Source: Cenococcum geophilum (taxonomy: Eukaryota). From it: DNA of 64,000 bases. Where the stretch lies: positions 7,068,001-7,132,000 of the forward strand of contig CP158635.1 of NCBI GenBank assembly GCA_050273025.1. The letters are read 5' to 3'. Shown piece by piece: positions 50,211 through 63,409 of the stretch. The notes below the pieces were generated by a model, which searched no databases, was not told where the DNA came from, and was given only the letters and a program-made list of their open reading frames with translations. The stretch's first letter is position 1; the number at the start of each line of letters is the position of its first letter. The translations under genes were made by a program, and so were the position numbers.

Positions 50211-52463
50211 CTACAAAATTTTTATGAAAGGAGCATTAGCGAAAAGTCTGCAGTCTACCATTGCCGCCATGATACTCCCATTGGTAGTTGCCATTTCTTT
50301 CTGCACACATTGCGGACACGTGAAAACCATCATACCCCCTAAATATTCAATTTGTCCAGCAGCAAAGAGAGTCCATGCTCTATCTCCATACGTATGAAGG
50401 AAGATGTTCCACTTCTCGTGCATTTTGAACTGGCGCTGTCTCCACTGAGAAGTCGTCGTGTTGAGCACAATTAGCTTCGGCTCAGTGTTGTGCCCCTGAC
50501 ATTCATCATTTCCTAACACGAGACTGCGTACAAGTGCACGTAATACGTCTCGCAGACTGACTTGGGCAATAACATTGCCATTCACCCGCCCAGTGAGGAG
50601 CACATGCTGGCTAGCATAGTGGCGGGGGCGTTCTAGGCCGATATAGAGTGGTTCATTTGGTCTTCCAGAGGTTGGAACGCCGAGGTAAGGAGTCTCTGGA
50701 GGTGCAGCATTTCTCTCAAGGTCGAATGAAGCATCGGTAGGCGTAGAGGGCTCTGGGTATTTCTCATTCGTTAGAGAGAAGCTTTTATGTATGGTTGAGC
50801 CATCAAGAATCCACCCATCTGCATCTATTGGGACATTGCCAATAAAGATATTGAGACATTCGAATCCCAGAGCGGCAGTTGAAGGTTCCATATTCAACAA
50901 GAGCTTCGGAACGACGCAGAAAGTTCCGGCACGACGACCAAGAGTTGCAATTCGATGCCCAGGGCTTTTTCTTTTCCGGAGTGCTTCAATTGGTTCGGTG
51001 TCTGTACCAGCATGCATAGCAGAAACAATTACCGCGGCTTCCCATAGCGGAAGACCAGACGTTAGGCCATTTGCCAAAGCTTCGGTAAGAATCTTTAAGC
51101 TATCGTCCATGTCAAGTTCGAGTGTTGCTACATGCTTTGTTCTCTCGAAATCACTGCCCACCAATAGCTCAGTAATGGCAAGCACTATGCAAGCTGTAAT
51201 CACCCGGAAGCGTTGGAGTTCGACCGGAAGTGGGTCGTAATCGCCAATCGCTCCGGATGTCTCACGGACACAATCCAGGGTCTTCTGGTCACCAATAGAC
51301 TCATAGCAATGGGCCAGCATGCCGCTACAAGTCGGAAAGTATATGGCTGCAAGCTCAAGTGCGTACGCCGAAGGTTGTTGGTGACTCAAATGGTGAAAGC
51401 GCGCAATAATGTCGGGTGTCTTCCCCGACCGATTGTTAGCTGGGACTTTTGTGACAATCCATTTACAGCTAAATGTGTCGTGGATATATTTATAGACCAT
51501 CATCCAGTAAGTTTGGCATTCCTGTTGTGTGACCTCAGCCAAGTGATAAAAAGAGTTCACGCAGAAAGCTCCGACGGTGGAAAGTGTATAGTATATTGCA
51601 CCGGACTCCGGCGTGATGGTACCTGGTGGGAACAGGTGTTTGTCCGTGGGGACATCAACGTATGTTCCGCCCGATACAAGTATGGGTGCTCGCAATACCT
51701 TAGGAGGCTCTCCCCGGCCATCCCAGAGTCTACCAGGTTCGAGGTTGTAGCCAACTGCTCGTAAGCAAGCAGTAACTCTCATGACAAGGCCGGATCGGGT
51801 AAGGTAGGGAGTTGTAGATATGGGTTTGGTGGAATACCACCTCAAGAATCCAGCAACGAAGTCTGTCTCTGTAGGCGGCTGTGAGTCGTCATCGCTACGC
51901 CTAAATTTCCTTTGCAAAAACTCTCTATCTCCTGGCCCTAAATCGAAGGCTTGGTCTTCAAACAATTTGGGAAGGCTCCGAGCGGCTCCCTCGTTCAAAA
52001 TTTTGTCAATGTTATCTTGGATCTGTTGCTTGAGCGAGTCTTTCAAGGATTCGTTACTCGCAATCTCAGGGAAGTAGCCAGGCACCATGCCTTCTACCAG
52101 TAAGTCCACTGCCGCGCGCTTGCCGCAGTGGAATGCAAGGGCGCAAAGCGTAACGCCTAGCCACTGAGTGAAAACATCCCCACCGAAAGCTTCAGCGCTA
52201 TCTTTGTCCTCCAGTATTTTGAGGCCCTCGCTCGTTAGCAATCCGATTTTAGTTGGTGGGAGATCGACCTTAATTATCTCCGTCGAACCTGAGGTGAACT
52301 GGAAGAGCCAGCGCGAGCAATACTGGCGGGTTCTCTGGACGGAATCGAGACCACCAATCCACCCAGCCACACTGATCCCAGCATTGATTGCAGTAACAAT
52401 GTCGGAAACCCCTGTCTGGACCGTCCATTCCTCAGTTCCCGTATTGCGAGAGATAGTAGTCAT
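50211..52463 (-). CDS. Intact, intronless 750-aa hypothetical protein, no recognised domain
   Basis: Long uninterrupted ORF with balanced composition and no RIP signature, between two RIP-degraded elements. Confidence 0.85.
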   Translation of the reverse strand: MTTISRNTGTEEWTVQTGVSDIVTAINAGISVAGWIGGLDSVQRTRQYCSRWLFQFTSGSTEIIKVDLPPTKIGLLTSEGLKILEDKDSAEAFGGDVFTQWLGVTLCALAFHCGKRAAVDLLVEGMVPGYFPEIASNESLKDSLKQQIQDNIDKILNEGAARSLPKLFEDQAFDLGPGDREFLQRKFRRSDDDSQPPTETDFVAGFLRWYSTKPISTTPYLTRSGLVMRVTACLRAVGYNLEPGRLWDGRGEPPKVLRAPILVSGGTYVDVPTDKHLFPPGTITPESGAIYYTLSTVGAFCVNSFYHLAEVTQQECQTYWMMVYKYIHDTFSCKWIVTKVPANNRSGKTPDIIARFHHLSHQQPSAYALELAAIYFPTCSGMLAHCYESIGDQKTLDCVRETSGAIGDYDPLPVELQRFRVITACIVLAITELLVGSDFERTKHVATLELDMDDSLKILTEALANGLTSGLPLWEAAVIVSAMHAGTDTEPIEALRKRKSPGHRIATLGRRAGTFCVVPKLLLNMEPSTAALGFECLNIFIGNVPIDADGWILDGSTIHKSFSLTNEKYPEPSTPTDASFDLERNAAPPETPYLGVPTSGRPNEPLYIGLERPRHYASQHVLLTGRVNGNVIAQVSLRDVLRALVRSLVLGNDECQGHNTEPKLIVLNTTTSQWRQRQFKMHEKWNIFLHTYGDRAWTLFAAGQIEYLGGMMVFTCPQCVQKEMATTNGSIMAAMVDCRLFANAPFIKIL

Positions 52464-52732
52464 AGTGCGATCCTAGGCAAGTAGTCAGCAACGTACTTAA
52501 CCCACAACCGCACACGGACTCAGAAGGATGCCCGGACCTTGTCGCTAATCCCTACCACGCTCTAGCCTTGACTGTATGGGACGCTTCGTATGCCGAACGG
52601 ATAGTCGCCTCATTTACGCCTTATTGACTGCCTCTTTGCATGCCAGGAGCAGATATCGTCGTCTGCAACGACAGTAAGAAGGGGGGTTATCACGGTGTCA
52701 GGGTTTGGGCTTGGTTGTCTGATCGATAGCAA

Positions 52733-55700
52733 TGATATATGTTCTGCCCCATACTGGCTCGAGCCTCGTTCCGGAAAATTCCTGCGTCATACCGGAACAA
52801 ATCGTCTTTAAAAAGGAACGATTCGTGTATCGGTTTTATTGTCTTAATTCCGGAACAATTGCTTTATTCCGGAAAAGATCTTCAAAAGATCAGGCCAATT
52901 ATAAGGTGGTACAACAGCGCAAGGCTTACTAACGCCTATGCACGAATCATAAAGCTCTTTAAAATATATTATACTAATAACTTCGGTTTTCTTCCCCTCT
53001 TAATCTAATTGGTAAATTGTTATCGGATAACGTCCAGACCAGCCTCAAATTACCCCAACCATGCGTACACGACATCGCGAAAACGGCTAGTTGATAAGCC
53101 TAAGCTTGGTGGTTGGTTTATATTTTATACCTAAGTGCAAGGTATTTTTGTAGAGCTCTCGTAAAGCCTCCTAAGGTGTTGATTTTCTTGTTGCGATTAC
53201 CTAATTGGGACTAGCGTAGGGGCTCCAAAAGTCGAACTTCGTAAGCTTCAACGTCTGTTAAATTTTCTTATTAGTCCTTATTTACCGCCTCTGTGTATAA
53301 CTTAATTAGATCCTTAACAAGATGTACGTCTTATCTATAAGTTCTAAATATATATTGACTTAATTGCTAGCTTAAATCTAACACTGGTAATAGCAATATT
53401 AACCTCCGTAACCTCCGTAACTACCTCCGTACCTAATACAATTGCCTCTCCTTCTACCGCAGACGACTCCTATAACGTCTCTTATGCTATTTCTGCCTTC
53501 TTAGTTATAGTAAAGCCTGCCTTTACTAAGTATCTAAAAGAAACCAGAGTTAACTTAACAAAGCGCGTTACCTAGCCTAAATACAATAATCTTATTTCCT
53601 AGCTCGCAGATCTAAATTATATAGCCCGCTTACAGGTAGAACGTAACGCTAAATTAAAGGCTAAGCAACGGTGGTATATAAGAGAGGATGTTCCCCTAGA
53701 GCTGCGAGGTCTTTAAAGGCGTTTAACAGGGCCTAATAAGCGGGCCTTAAAGGTGGTTCCTAAGCCAAATATTTACGATATAATTATAAGGAAGTATAGC
53801 AATATTAAACACTTAGGGTAAAAGAAGACTTACCATATAATTGCGACCGAGTATTACGGTATAAGATCTATTAAAGTTAAATAGCTACTTAAGCACTGTT
53901 GAATCTATAAGGAGTAAGTATTACTTTTAGAAAAAATCTTAGTTGTATGCGTATGCTAATATTCTTATAGAAAGGCTTCCTCTACTATAAGGCCTCCACT
54001 TAATATAATCGTCTTTTTAGCTCCCTTTAATTACATCTAAGGCGATCTAATTAATATGCGCTTTAAGCCCAACGGCGAATATAAATAGATCCTATAGATA
54101 CGCGATCACTTTAGTAAATACTACGCCCTCTGTCACGGCTTGAACAAATGCCTCTAAACCAAAGCTTGAACGAATGCTGTATTACGAAGATACTAAGCTA
54201 AAGAGAAGGAAAAGGGGTCACTAGGACCGATGTAAACAAATATATAGGGTAAGCCGCTAAGGCGCTAGCTTTAGGCGGGCCAATCGCGGGTCGGCAGAAT
54301 ATGGCAGAATTTGGCAGGTAACGTGCGATAGCGCCGTTACATCACCCCCCTCTTTAAAGAAAGCCTGCCCTTAGGCTTAGTTAGAAATAGGGTAGCACTA
54401 GGCTTATAAACGTAGGATTATAAAGTATAAGATAAGGAGATAAAGGGGACACGAATACGTCCAGACTAAGTATAAAGGGCAATTGTAAGCTAAGTGGAAG
54501 CACTAGGCCAGAAAGAGTAGCCGTTAAAAGTCTTAGCACGGATCTAACTAATTAGATAACTTTAACCAGCAGTTAAAGTTCCTGGACATCTGATATTTTA
54601 CGGTACTAGTAGAAAACAGCAGAATATGGCAGAATTTGGCAGATAGCTATATTAGGGCTTTAGGGCGTTTTTGTCCCTATATTCTTCCGGTAATTTATTA
54701 TCTTTATTATACTAGCATTCCATCTATTTATCTAGGTACTTTAGGGGTCTAGGCGCATTAGGGTATTAGTTATAGAATTCTTTAAGCTTCTAGGGGTAGC
54801 CTATAAAGTTCTATATAGAGTACTAGGTTAGGTTAGGATTATAGCCCTTCTATTAGATATAGTATTTTAGCGTTCCCCGTACTATCTTATAGGCTAGTAT
54901 TTCGTTAACCTCCTATTTGCTATTACCGTTTACTTAAACTAGTAGGGGAGGCTCGTTCTTTTATCTAGGCAATAGGTCATTTATAGCTTTCCGTAACTTA
55001 TCCGGTAAGAAGATAGGGTGAACCCTAATTAAATCTGGGAGCTTTATCTTATATAAGTTACCTATCTTTTTAAGAACCTTATATGGTCCTGCTATCTAGT
55101 AGTCTAGCTTATAGCTAGGTCGTTTAGTCTTCTAATTTCTTATTATAACCTAGACTATATCGCCAGGGGTAAAATCGGGCTCTTAACGGTGTTTGTTCGC
55201 CTACTATTCTATTAACCTCTAAGCTTTTTCTAGGTTCTTACGGGCTACCGTTTAGGCCTCCTCTAATTATTTGGCGTACTATTAGGCCTTAGTATAGGAT
55301 AGCTTCTCTTATATAGTCTAGGGTTCTTCTAGCCTTTTCTAGTTAAAGCTTATATAGGGTAAGTATCCCATTTCTAGCTAAATCGGGGCAAACCCTATAA
55401 AGTTATGGGGTAAGGTTGCTTGCGGGTAGTCTATTAAGGGTAGTAGTTTAGACTAGTTATCCTAGAAATAGTTAACGAAGGGCCTAAGCCTCTAGTCTAG
55501 GTACTGATTTATAATCTCTATCTAACCGTCTATCTAGGGGTAATAAGCCGTAGAAAGCTTTAGCTTAATACCTAGGATCCGGGTAAACTTATTCCAAAAG
55601 GCCGATATAAACTATGGCCTATAATTAGATATAATAGTATCTAATAGTCCGTAAATTTAGTAGACGTAATAGATATATAGCTGGGCTGCCTCTTTAGTAT

Positions 55701-58700
55701 CGATGTTCTTATAACAGGGAATTAAGAATAGGCGTTTACCAAAGCGGTCGACTATAACCATAACCATATCGTATTCGTTACGGTCCCTAGGTAGTTTATA
55801 GAAGTTTATAAAGATATACTGCTAAGGGCGCTCTGGTATTAGGAGTGGCTTAAGTAGTCCTAGGGTCTTATCCTATGGGATTATAGCTCTCTAGTAGTCT
55901 TCGCAGTTCCGTATATATCGATTAATATCTATAACTATTCTCGGCTAGTAGTAGCGGCAGTTAATAATTTTACGGGTCTTATTCTTGCTAGGGTATGCTA
56001 TAGAGACTTAGCAATAAGCTTCGCGGATTAGTTTAGTCCGTAAATTATTAACGTTAGGGATTATAAGCCGCTCCTAGTATAAGAGCAATCCTTCCTCCGT
56101 CTTAAAATCGGGGTCTCCTTTTACGGCTTATTCGCGGAGGGCCCTTAGGGTATTAGCCGTGCGGTTTACAGTTAAGAGGCGGTTAATTAGCCCTATTAGC
56201 TTATCTAAGGACTCCTCTATTAGTGCTAGCTCGTTTTACTAAGAGTCTAGCTCCTTAAGAATCCGCGGGTCGAGCTATTCTAGATAGAGGAGGGCGCGCG
56301 TCCGATATTGGGTCTTTAGCTTATCCTAAGGTCCTACATCTTATTCTCTTTAGGTAAGAGCATTAGCCTTAAAGTTTTACTTACTAGAACGATATATAAT
56401 TATAAAGAAGAATTAGGAGAGTATTTTAGCCTACTAGGCCTATTATTTAGTAAGCTGCTTTATAGTTATAAAGTACTCTAGGGCTTTATAATCTATATAT
56501 ATCTTAATCCGGGAGTTCGTACCTTCGAGCTCTACACACTATTAAAAGAGTAATTAAATAATAGCTAGTATTTCTTTATCGTGTACTTCGTAGTTATACT
56601 TAGCTAGGTCTATTATCTTTAAGAAAAAAGCTATAGGGTACTATTTACCGTCTAGATATAACTGTAATAGGATTCCCGCTATAACCCTATTAGAGGCATC
56701 TATTTCTAGCATTAATTTAAGGTCTGGGTTATAGTAATAAAGGATTAAGGAAGAGATAAACCGATCCTTTATCTCTTTAAAGGCTTCTATATAGCTATTA
56801 TTAAAGATAAAAGGCGTATCCTTCCTGGTTAGTTATATAAGAGGTTTTGCCGTAATTCTATAGTTATAGATAAACTAGCGGTAGAAGTTATAGAAGCTAA
56901 GGAAAGACTAGATTTCTTTTACCGTATAAGGGGGCTTCTAGTTACAGATTGCCTCTACCTTTTTAGGGTTAACCTTAATTCCTTTTATAGTTACGATAAA
57001 CCTAAGGTATTTTATACGTTTTACCCTAAACTTATATTTCTTAATATTAACTTATAAGCCTACGTTCCATAGTCTCTCTAGGACCTTCTTAACATAAACT
57101 TAATGCTTAAGTTTATTGTCCAAGTATATAAGAATGTCGTCTAGGTATACCGTGCAGAATTTATTAAGGTAATTAAAAAGAACGTTATTTATATACCTTT
57201 AGTACATAGCCGGTCCGTTTATTAGTCTAAAAGAAAAAACTTTATATTTATAGGAACCATAATAGGTACGGAATGTTGTTAAATCTTTAGATATAGGGTT
57301 TATCCTAATTTGGTAAAAAGCTTAGCGGATATTAAGTTTGGTAAAGATCTTCGCCTAGCCTAGACGTGTAAGGGTTTCGTTAATTAAAGGAATAAGATAC
57401 TGGTCCTTTTAAGTAATAGCGTTTAGCTTTTAATAGTTAATATAAAAATGAAGGCCTCTATTAGGCTTTTTTACGAACAGGATAGGGAAAGTAAAAGGGG
57501 CTTAACTTGGCTTAATAAACCCTTTATCTAGGTTGTTAATTAAGTACTACTTTATTACTTTTAGCTTATCTATTAATTAATAATAAAGGGGGCTATAGCC
57601 TAGCGAGTTATTGGCTTCTAATTAAATCTTATAATTATATATCTGGTAGGGGGGTAACTTATTTAAGGCCGCCTTTAAGAATATATTCTTATAGTTTATA
57701 TAAATAGTAAAAAGGAGGCGTTTAACTAGTTCCTTATCGGTTTCCTTAGCTAGCCTTTCCTCTCTATTATTAATAATTTAGTTAATCTTATATAGGCTTA
57801 TTATAAAAACCTTATTGTCCTTCTAGTATATATTAAAGTAAAACGCTATAGCGCTAATTATGGCAATGTCTATAGTAGGGGGGTTGCCTAATAATAAGGG
57901 CGTATATAACTTTAGGGACTTCTAGGGTACTAGCGTTATTATTACCCCTTTTAGCTCCTATTATATCTTTTAGAGGTTATCCCTTATATCCTATTAATAT
58001 ATTCTTTTCCATACTGGTTAAATCCGTATAATTTAGACGTTATCTATATTACTATCTATCCCGCTTCCGTATATAGAGTCCTCTTTAAATATAGCGCTTC
58101 GGGAGAGTATCTTTATTAGTATAGAGTTCTTTCTAGCTTCGCGGCGGGCGTTTTCTTAGGTAAAGGCTAGGTTATAGGCCTAGACATCCTACTAGTAGGT
58201 AGGGTTAGCCCTTGCGGCTAGTGTCTTGCGGTTAGTTTAGATCTCCCTAATAAAGGAGGGCAACCTTGGTCTATCCTCCGGCCAGATAAACTATCTTTAT
58301 TATACGTTTAACTAGATATTAAAATAGGATATCTATTTTTGTTTAAGGATTATATCATAAGACCCTAGGTCTAGGATGTAAAAGGGGATACTATATTAGC
58401 GTCGTCCGTTAAGAGCGATATATAACTTTAAGATATAGGTAATAGGCTAACTAGCTTAGCCGTTATAGCCTTTTACCTAAATAGGCTTCTCTAGTTAGAT
58501 AGCTTCTGCATTTAAAAACTTGGCAACATTATTTACATAGGCAGTATTTATAAAGGTAAAGCCATTTGCTCTAGTATTAATAAGGGCGGTTATATTAACT
58601 CTATATCTATTTTGAGATACTATACATAGAAACGTAAAGTGCTTTCCACCCATTAACTAACTAAGATTAATCTCTTTAAGATCAATAGGGTACCCTAGGG

Positions 58701-61700
58701 GGGAGTCTTTCCCTAAGGTTCCTCTTTTCCTAACTTATCTAACGTTTTTTCTTCCTCTATCTCCTTAATATCGCCTATATCCTTTAGCTCCGGGTAGGAC
58801 GAGGTAAAGTAACCCTACTTATTACAGTTAAAGTATATAGCCGAGGCAGAGTTAATTAGAGTATTGCGGTGAATACTAGTTAATAGCGTGGTACGTAACT
58901 AGTCGGGCAAGGCTTACCAGTACGTAGTTATAACCGCCTTTAGTAAAAGAGCAGTTATAACCCGTCCTTCTACTCTAGCTCCTATAAGTATAGCTAGTAA
59001 GTTCTAATTGTTACGGAGTCGCTTCTGCCGATTAGGGCGGGCGTTAATCTGCTTTAGTTTTAAGTCTAATAATAGGTAATAAGCTGCAAGTCTTTTATAG
59101 GTTGGTAGGTTATTTAAGGTTATAGTAATCTTTTCTTATAGCCGGATTATTAGCTTATTATATAGGTCTAATTAATAGTTCTTAAGGGGGACCTGGCCTT
59201 CTCCTGTAAGGTATAGGAATTAAGTCTAAAATTTAGTAAAGGGTTAGTTCAGTTTTATTATTAGGCGATTATAGTTATAATAGGCATCCCGTACTTTATT
59301 TAGGTTAACGTAAATAGCCGCTAGGTACTATATTATCTCGTTAACGAATATAAATTAGACAGGGGAGTTGTCCTTAAACTTGGCTTAAAGGTGCCGTTAG
59401 GCGTCCCTAGTGGTTTAACCAAAGAGGTAGAGCATTTTAGCTTCTTTAGAAAGAAAATGGTTATAGTTAACGCGAAGCTTTCCTTATACTTAAATCCTCT
59501 AATTCTTAAAGGTAGGGTCTATCTTATTAGATAGTAGTAGGGGGTTAGGGAGCTTAACGGACTTTAATTGCTTTATTATTATATCCGTACTCCCTAGTAT
59601 ATCGTATTTAGTAGAGTAAATAGGTCGGCTAGGGCTTTAAGAAGGGGAAGCTGGGCTATTTTATAGGGCCGTAAGGCTTTTTAGGATCTCTTATAGGGTC
59701 TCTTATATATTTCTCGCTTTAAGACGATTAGCTTCCTAGCTGGCTGCAAGGGTATAAATCTACTCGCGTACGTCTACAACGTTATTATTATCTTCGATTT
59801 CTGATCCTAATTAGATCTTAGGTTCCTCTTAGGTAGAGGCAGCTTTCTTAGATAAGCTTACTTTAAGTACCATCGTTGGCTTCCTAAGGTTTGTCGGTAT
59901 TATACGCTTTAGTTTTAATTCCGGGGGTATAGGTCCAGTCCTATCTAGCTCGTAAGGTGGGATATTATCTAGGCCTTCCCAGGCAATATAGAGTTGTTTT
60001 AGTGTCTAAGTATAGCGTATTAATGCGTCGTTGCAGACAAAGTTTCTTTAGGGTAGGATATTATTAAGGCCTTCCCAGGCAAGGTAGGGAGAGCTTAGTA
60101 TAATATCACGGCTTAAATAAATGCCTCTAAACCGAAGCTTAAACGAATGCTGTATTACAAAGATACTAAGCTAAAGAGAAGAAAAAGGGGTCGCCAGGAC
60201 CGATATAAATAAATATATAGGGTGAGCCGCTAAGGCGCTAGCTTTGGGCGGGCTAATCGCGGGTTAGTAGAATATAGCAGAATTTGGCAGGTAACGTACA
60301 ATAGCGCTGTTACACCCTCTACCCTCTTAAGCAGAAGACTACTAAGGAAGTTAGTGCCGCTATATTACAATAGATATATCACTACAGTGTTCACCCGCGT
60401 ATTTGGTAGAGTAATAACGGTATAGAGTTTAAAGGCGCCCTCCTTATATTACTTCGTCGCTATAGAGTAAAAGTTATTAATAGCCGCCCGCGCCACCCTT
60501 AATTATAAGGCCTTATAGAGTAGGCCAATGGCTTTATAAAGAAGAAGCTTTATACAGTAAAGCGACTCTTAGGAACTTCGCGATGAGTAACAGCTTACCT
60601 AATCGTCGCGGCCTTAATTAATCGCATGTACCACGAATCAATTAGCTGTATACCTTTTCGCTATCTATATAGGAGAGATCCTTAGGCTTCTGCTTTAGTG
60701 GCGCCTGCCCTAAGGGCTATGGTAGAGCCTCCGCCTAATATTAAAGTCTCTAAAGCTAAGGATAAGGATCTAAATAGCAATAAGGAAGTTTTAGGCCCTT
60801 TACTAGAAGAGAATAGTAATGGGCGAGAGGCTGCCGAACAGGAGCGCGATAAGGAGGATAATCGCTCTATTGCTTTAAGCGCCCTTACTGCTTCCGATAA
60901 GGATCGCGATGATATTTCTAATATAGGAGACAATAGTAATTGGCTCTCGACCTTAGGTAAATCTTTTAATAAGGAAGATAAGGATTCTAATAATAGGAGC
61001 CTTCTAAATTTAGGAACTGCCTCTATAGGCGACCGCAATCTATCTAAAAAGGACCATGATTTAGCTAATAGATTATAAAGGTAGGAGACTTCTGCGAACT
61101 ATACTCTATCTAAAGACAATAGCCTCTCTCCTAATTACTTACTAATCTTAATTCAAACTCGTTAAATTCAATTATTAGGATTAAGTAGATTTAGGCAGCC
61201 TCCACCTTTACTAGAAGGCTTTCTTACACTAAGCTAAGAGGCTAGTATACGGGAGGTAATTAAGACAATGGATAGAAAGGCCGAAGCCTTAATAGTAGTA
61301 CGATCTAAACCTACCGTAGATCTACAGCGTATAGCTAAGAGAGCTCTACAATCTATCTAGTAGCAAGAGCAATTATATCTAAATAACTAGATTAAAGATC
61401 TGGATAATCCTTACTATACCCCCGGAGGCTACTTTATAGGTAATCTTACTATTTAAATTAAAGCTCTACGATTACAGCTTTATTGCGAAGCTAGTGGAGC
61501 TAGCGTTCTACTAGCAGATCTTTAAGAGTATTACAATGTAGTCACACCTACTTTTAGGCGTAAGTTAATTTAGGCGATTAAGAACTCTAATAACCCTATT
61601 TATACTATTTTACTATAGCTAGAGCTTAAGCGGCAGGTGTTAAAGAAGCTTAAAGAGCGCTAAAAGGAACTACGGCTATAGAGGCGTTTAGCAGAGTCGG

Positions 61701-63104
61701 GCTCTATTTACGATATATTAGATATTTATAAGAGAGTTTAATAGCGATTGGCTCACTCTTATAACCAGATAAAGAAAAAGTACGGTATGCAGTACTCTAT
61801 TACTATATTTAGTATAGGCGACTTAGTCCTTTTTCCAATTCCTAAAAAGCTTCAAAAGGCTACTAAAATCTCTTATATACCTGGCTGCATTTACAAGATT
61901 CGAAATTAAGGCTACTATGAGATTCGTACTTAATATGGAATTATAAAAGAGCCCTTCCTTAGTAGCGAGCTTATTAAACCAGGAGAGACTTATAACGCTT
62001 AAATTCCTATAAGCGTTAGTAAGATTATACCACTTTTAAAAGTAGTGAAAGCTTACCTAACTACTACACGGCCTACTAGCTGTGCGTATAAACAAGGATG
62101 CAGTAATTATAGATATGGTTATTGAAAAGGAAATATAGAGTGTTCTATATACTGCTATAGAGGGAAGCCCTATATAAATTAACCAACAGAGGGTTCTGTA
62201 AAGCCTCCTATAAGAGGCCATAGAAGGCTTACTAGTACTTAGCTCAGCCCTTAATTAAAGCGAGCCTAATAGGAAACCTTATTGCAAAGCCCTATACTAC
62301 CTTAATTAATAATAGTAAATTAAAAAGGTAATTAATTAAGCCTACCACAAAGGCTGCGTAAGGCGAAGGAAAGGAAGATTATAAAGCGAGTAAGGTTGGC
62401 GTAATTAGGAGAAATCTAAATCGTAATTACGCTAAACCTAAATAGGCAATTAGTCTACGGCCGGTAGAACCTCAGAGGGCCTATTTTTTTAATAGATCTT
62501 AGTGAGATTAGAGCTTTATAAGATTTTTAATTTTTAGTATTAGGGAACGTAATTAATCACCCCCTACCTAATTAGCTTCTACTACTTATAGGCTATATCT
62601 ATAACGCGGAAAAGCCTTTAAATGTACTTATTAATCGCAGCGTAATCTAGTTTAGATGGAATTTGATAATATTATAGTGGTTAGGGGGGGTAGTAAAATT
62701 TAATCTCTAGAGCCTTACAAAATCTCATTAGAAAATTAAGATCTTGTATTTTTATTCTAAATATGCTCCATTAGATAATCAATTGTAATATTAAGGATAT
62801 ATTACTACTTATTTTACACCTAAAATCAATTAAATTATATATTTACTATTATTTGCAACCATCTACTACACTATATTTTCTAAATATGCTCGTAGAAACG
62901 GCCAAAAAGCTCCACCAAAAGGCTTTGTATAGCTTTAAAAGTTCAATATAATATTAAATCTTTTCCGGAATGAAGCAATTGTTCCGGAATCAAGACGATA
63001 AAACCGATACACGATTTGTTCCTCTTTGAAGACGATCTGTTCTGGTATAAAGCAGAAATAATCCGGAACGAGCCGTGTGCCGGTATAGGGCAGAACAGGT
63101 ATCA
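52733..63104 (+). mobile_element. Ginger2/TDD-like DNA transposon (Gypsy-type integrase, ~145-bp TIRs), interrupted by Gypsy element 2
   Basis: TIR TGATA..TGTTCTGCCC...CCGGAAAAGAT at 52733-52880 and inverse at ~62958-63104; TSD AGCAA/AGTAA; de-RIPed HHCC finger, intron 53914-53970, DHFSKY|YPLK, QSDNGTEF, RPRHPQSQGLVE, C-terminal CxC...CH..C.N cluster (~62080-62180). Confidence 0.88.
54131..60314 (-). mobile_element. Full-length Ty3/Gypsy chromovirus LTR retrotransposon 2 (RIP-mutated)
   Basis: 211-bp LTRs at 54131-54341 and 60104-60314 (TGTCAC...GTTACA); CCCTC TSD; PPT after 54341; YLDDILIY (~57125-57148); chromodomain at ~54800-54920. Confidence 0.95.
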
Positions 63105-63409
63105 AGTAATTGCTAATCTATGCGCGCTTACTAATCAGTATTTGTACCAACTTAATGGTATAAGTAAGTTATATCCCGGGGCACGAAATACGTATAGTAT
63201 TGTATGCTCTTTAAGATGATGGTAACTGTCTCTTATATTAAAGCAGACTACGTGGTCTATATACTGATGCGACCTCCCCCCTAATTAGTCAGTGCTCCAT
63301 AAGTGCGCCAGACGCGTAAGCGGGTGGTTGGTGCACTGAACGCGTAAACGCGTACCTGGCGTACCGAACGCGTAGGCACGCGGTTAGTACGACAGGTGCT
63401 GTAATTATA

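Noticed and set aside
50211..52463. Spok-type meiotic driver (similar length, Starship-like context)
   Set aside because: No recognisable coiled-coil, nuclease, Cys-cluster or kinase motifs of Spok proteins
30082..53031. GTTATCCGATAA / TTATCGGATAAC as TIRs of a 23-kb element
   Set aside because: Only 12 bp, self-palindromic, no TSD, and the right copy lies inside the Ginger element
60682..61078. ORFs of 118 and 126 aa as separate genes
   Set aside because: Stop-free stretch of the RIP-mutated Ginger integrase acidic linker and its antisense
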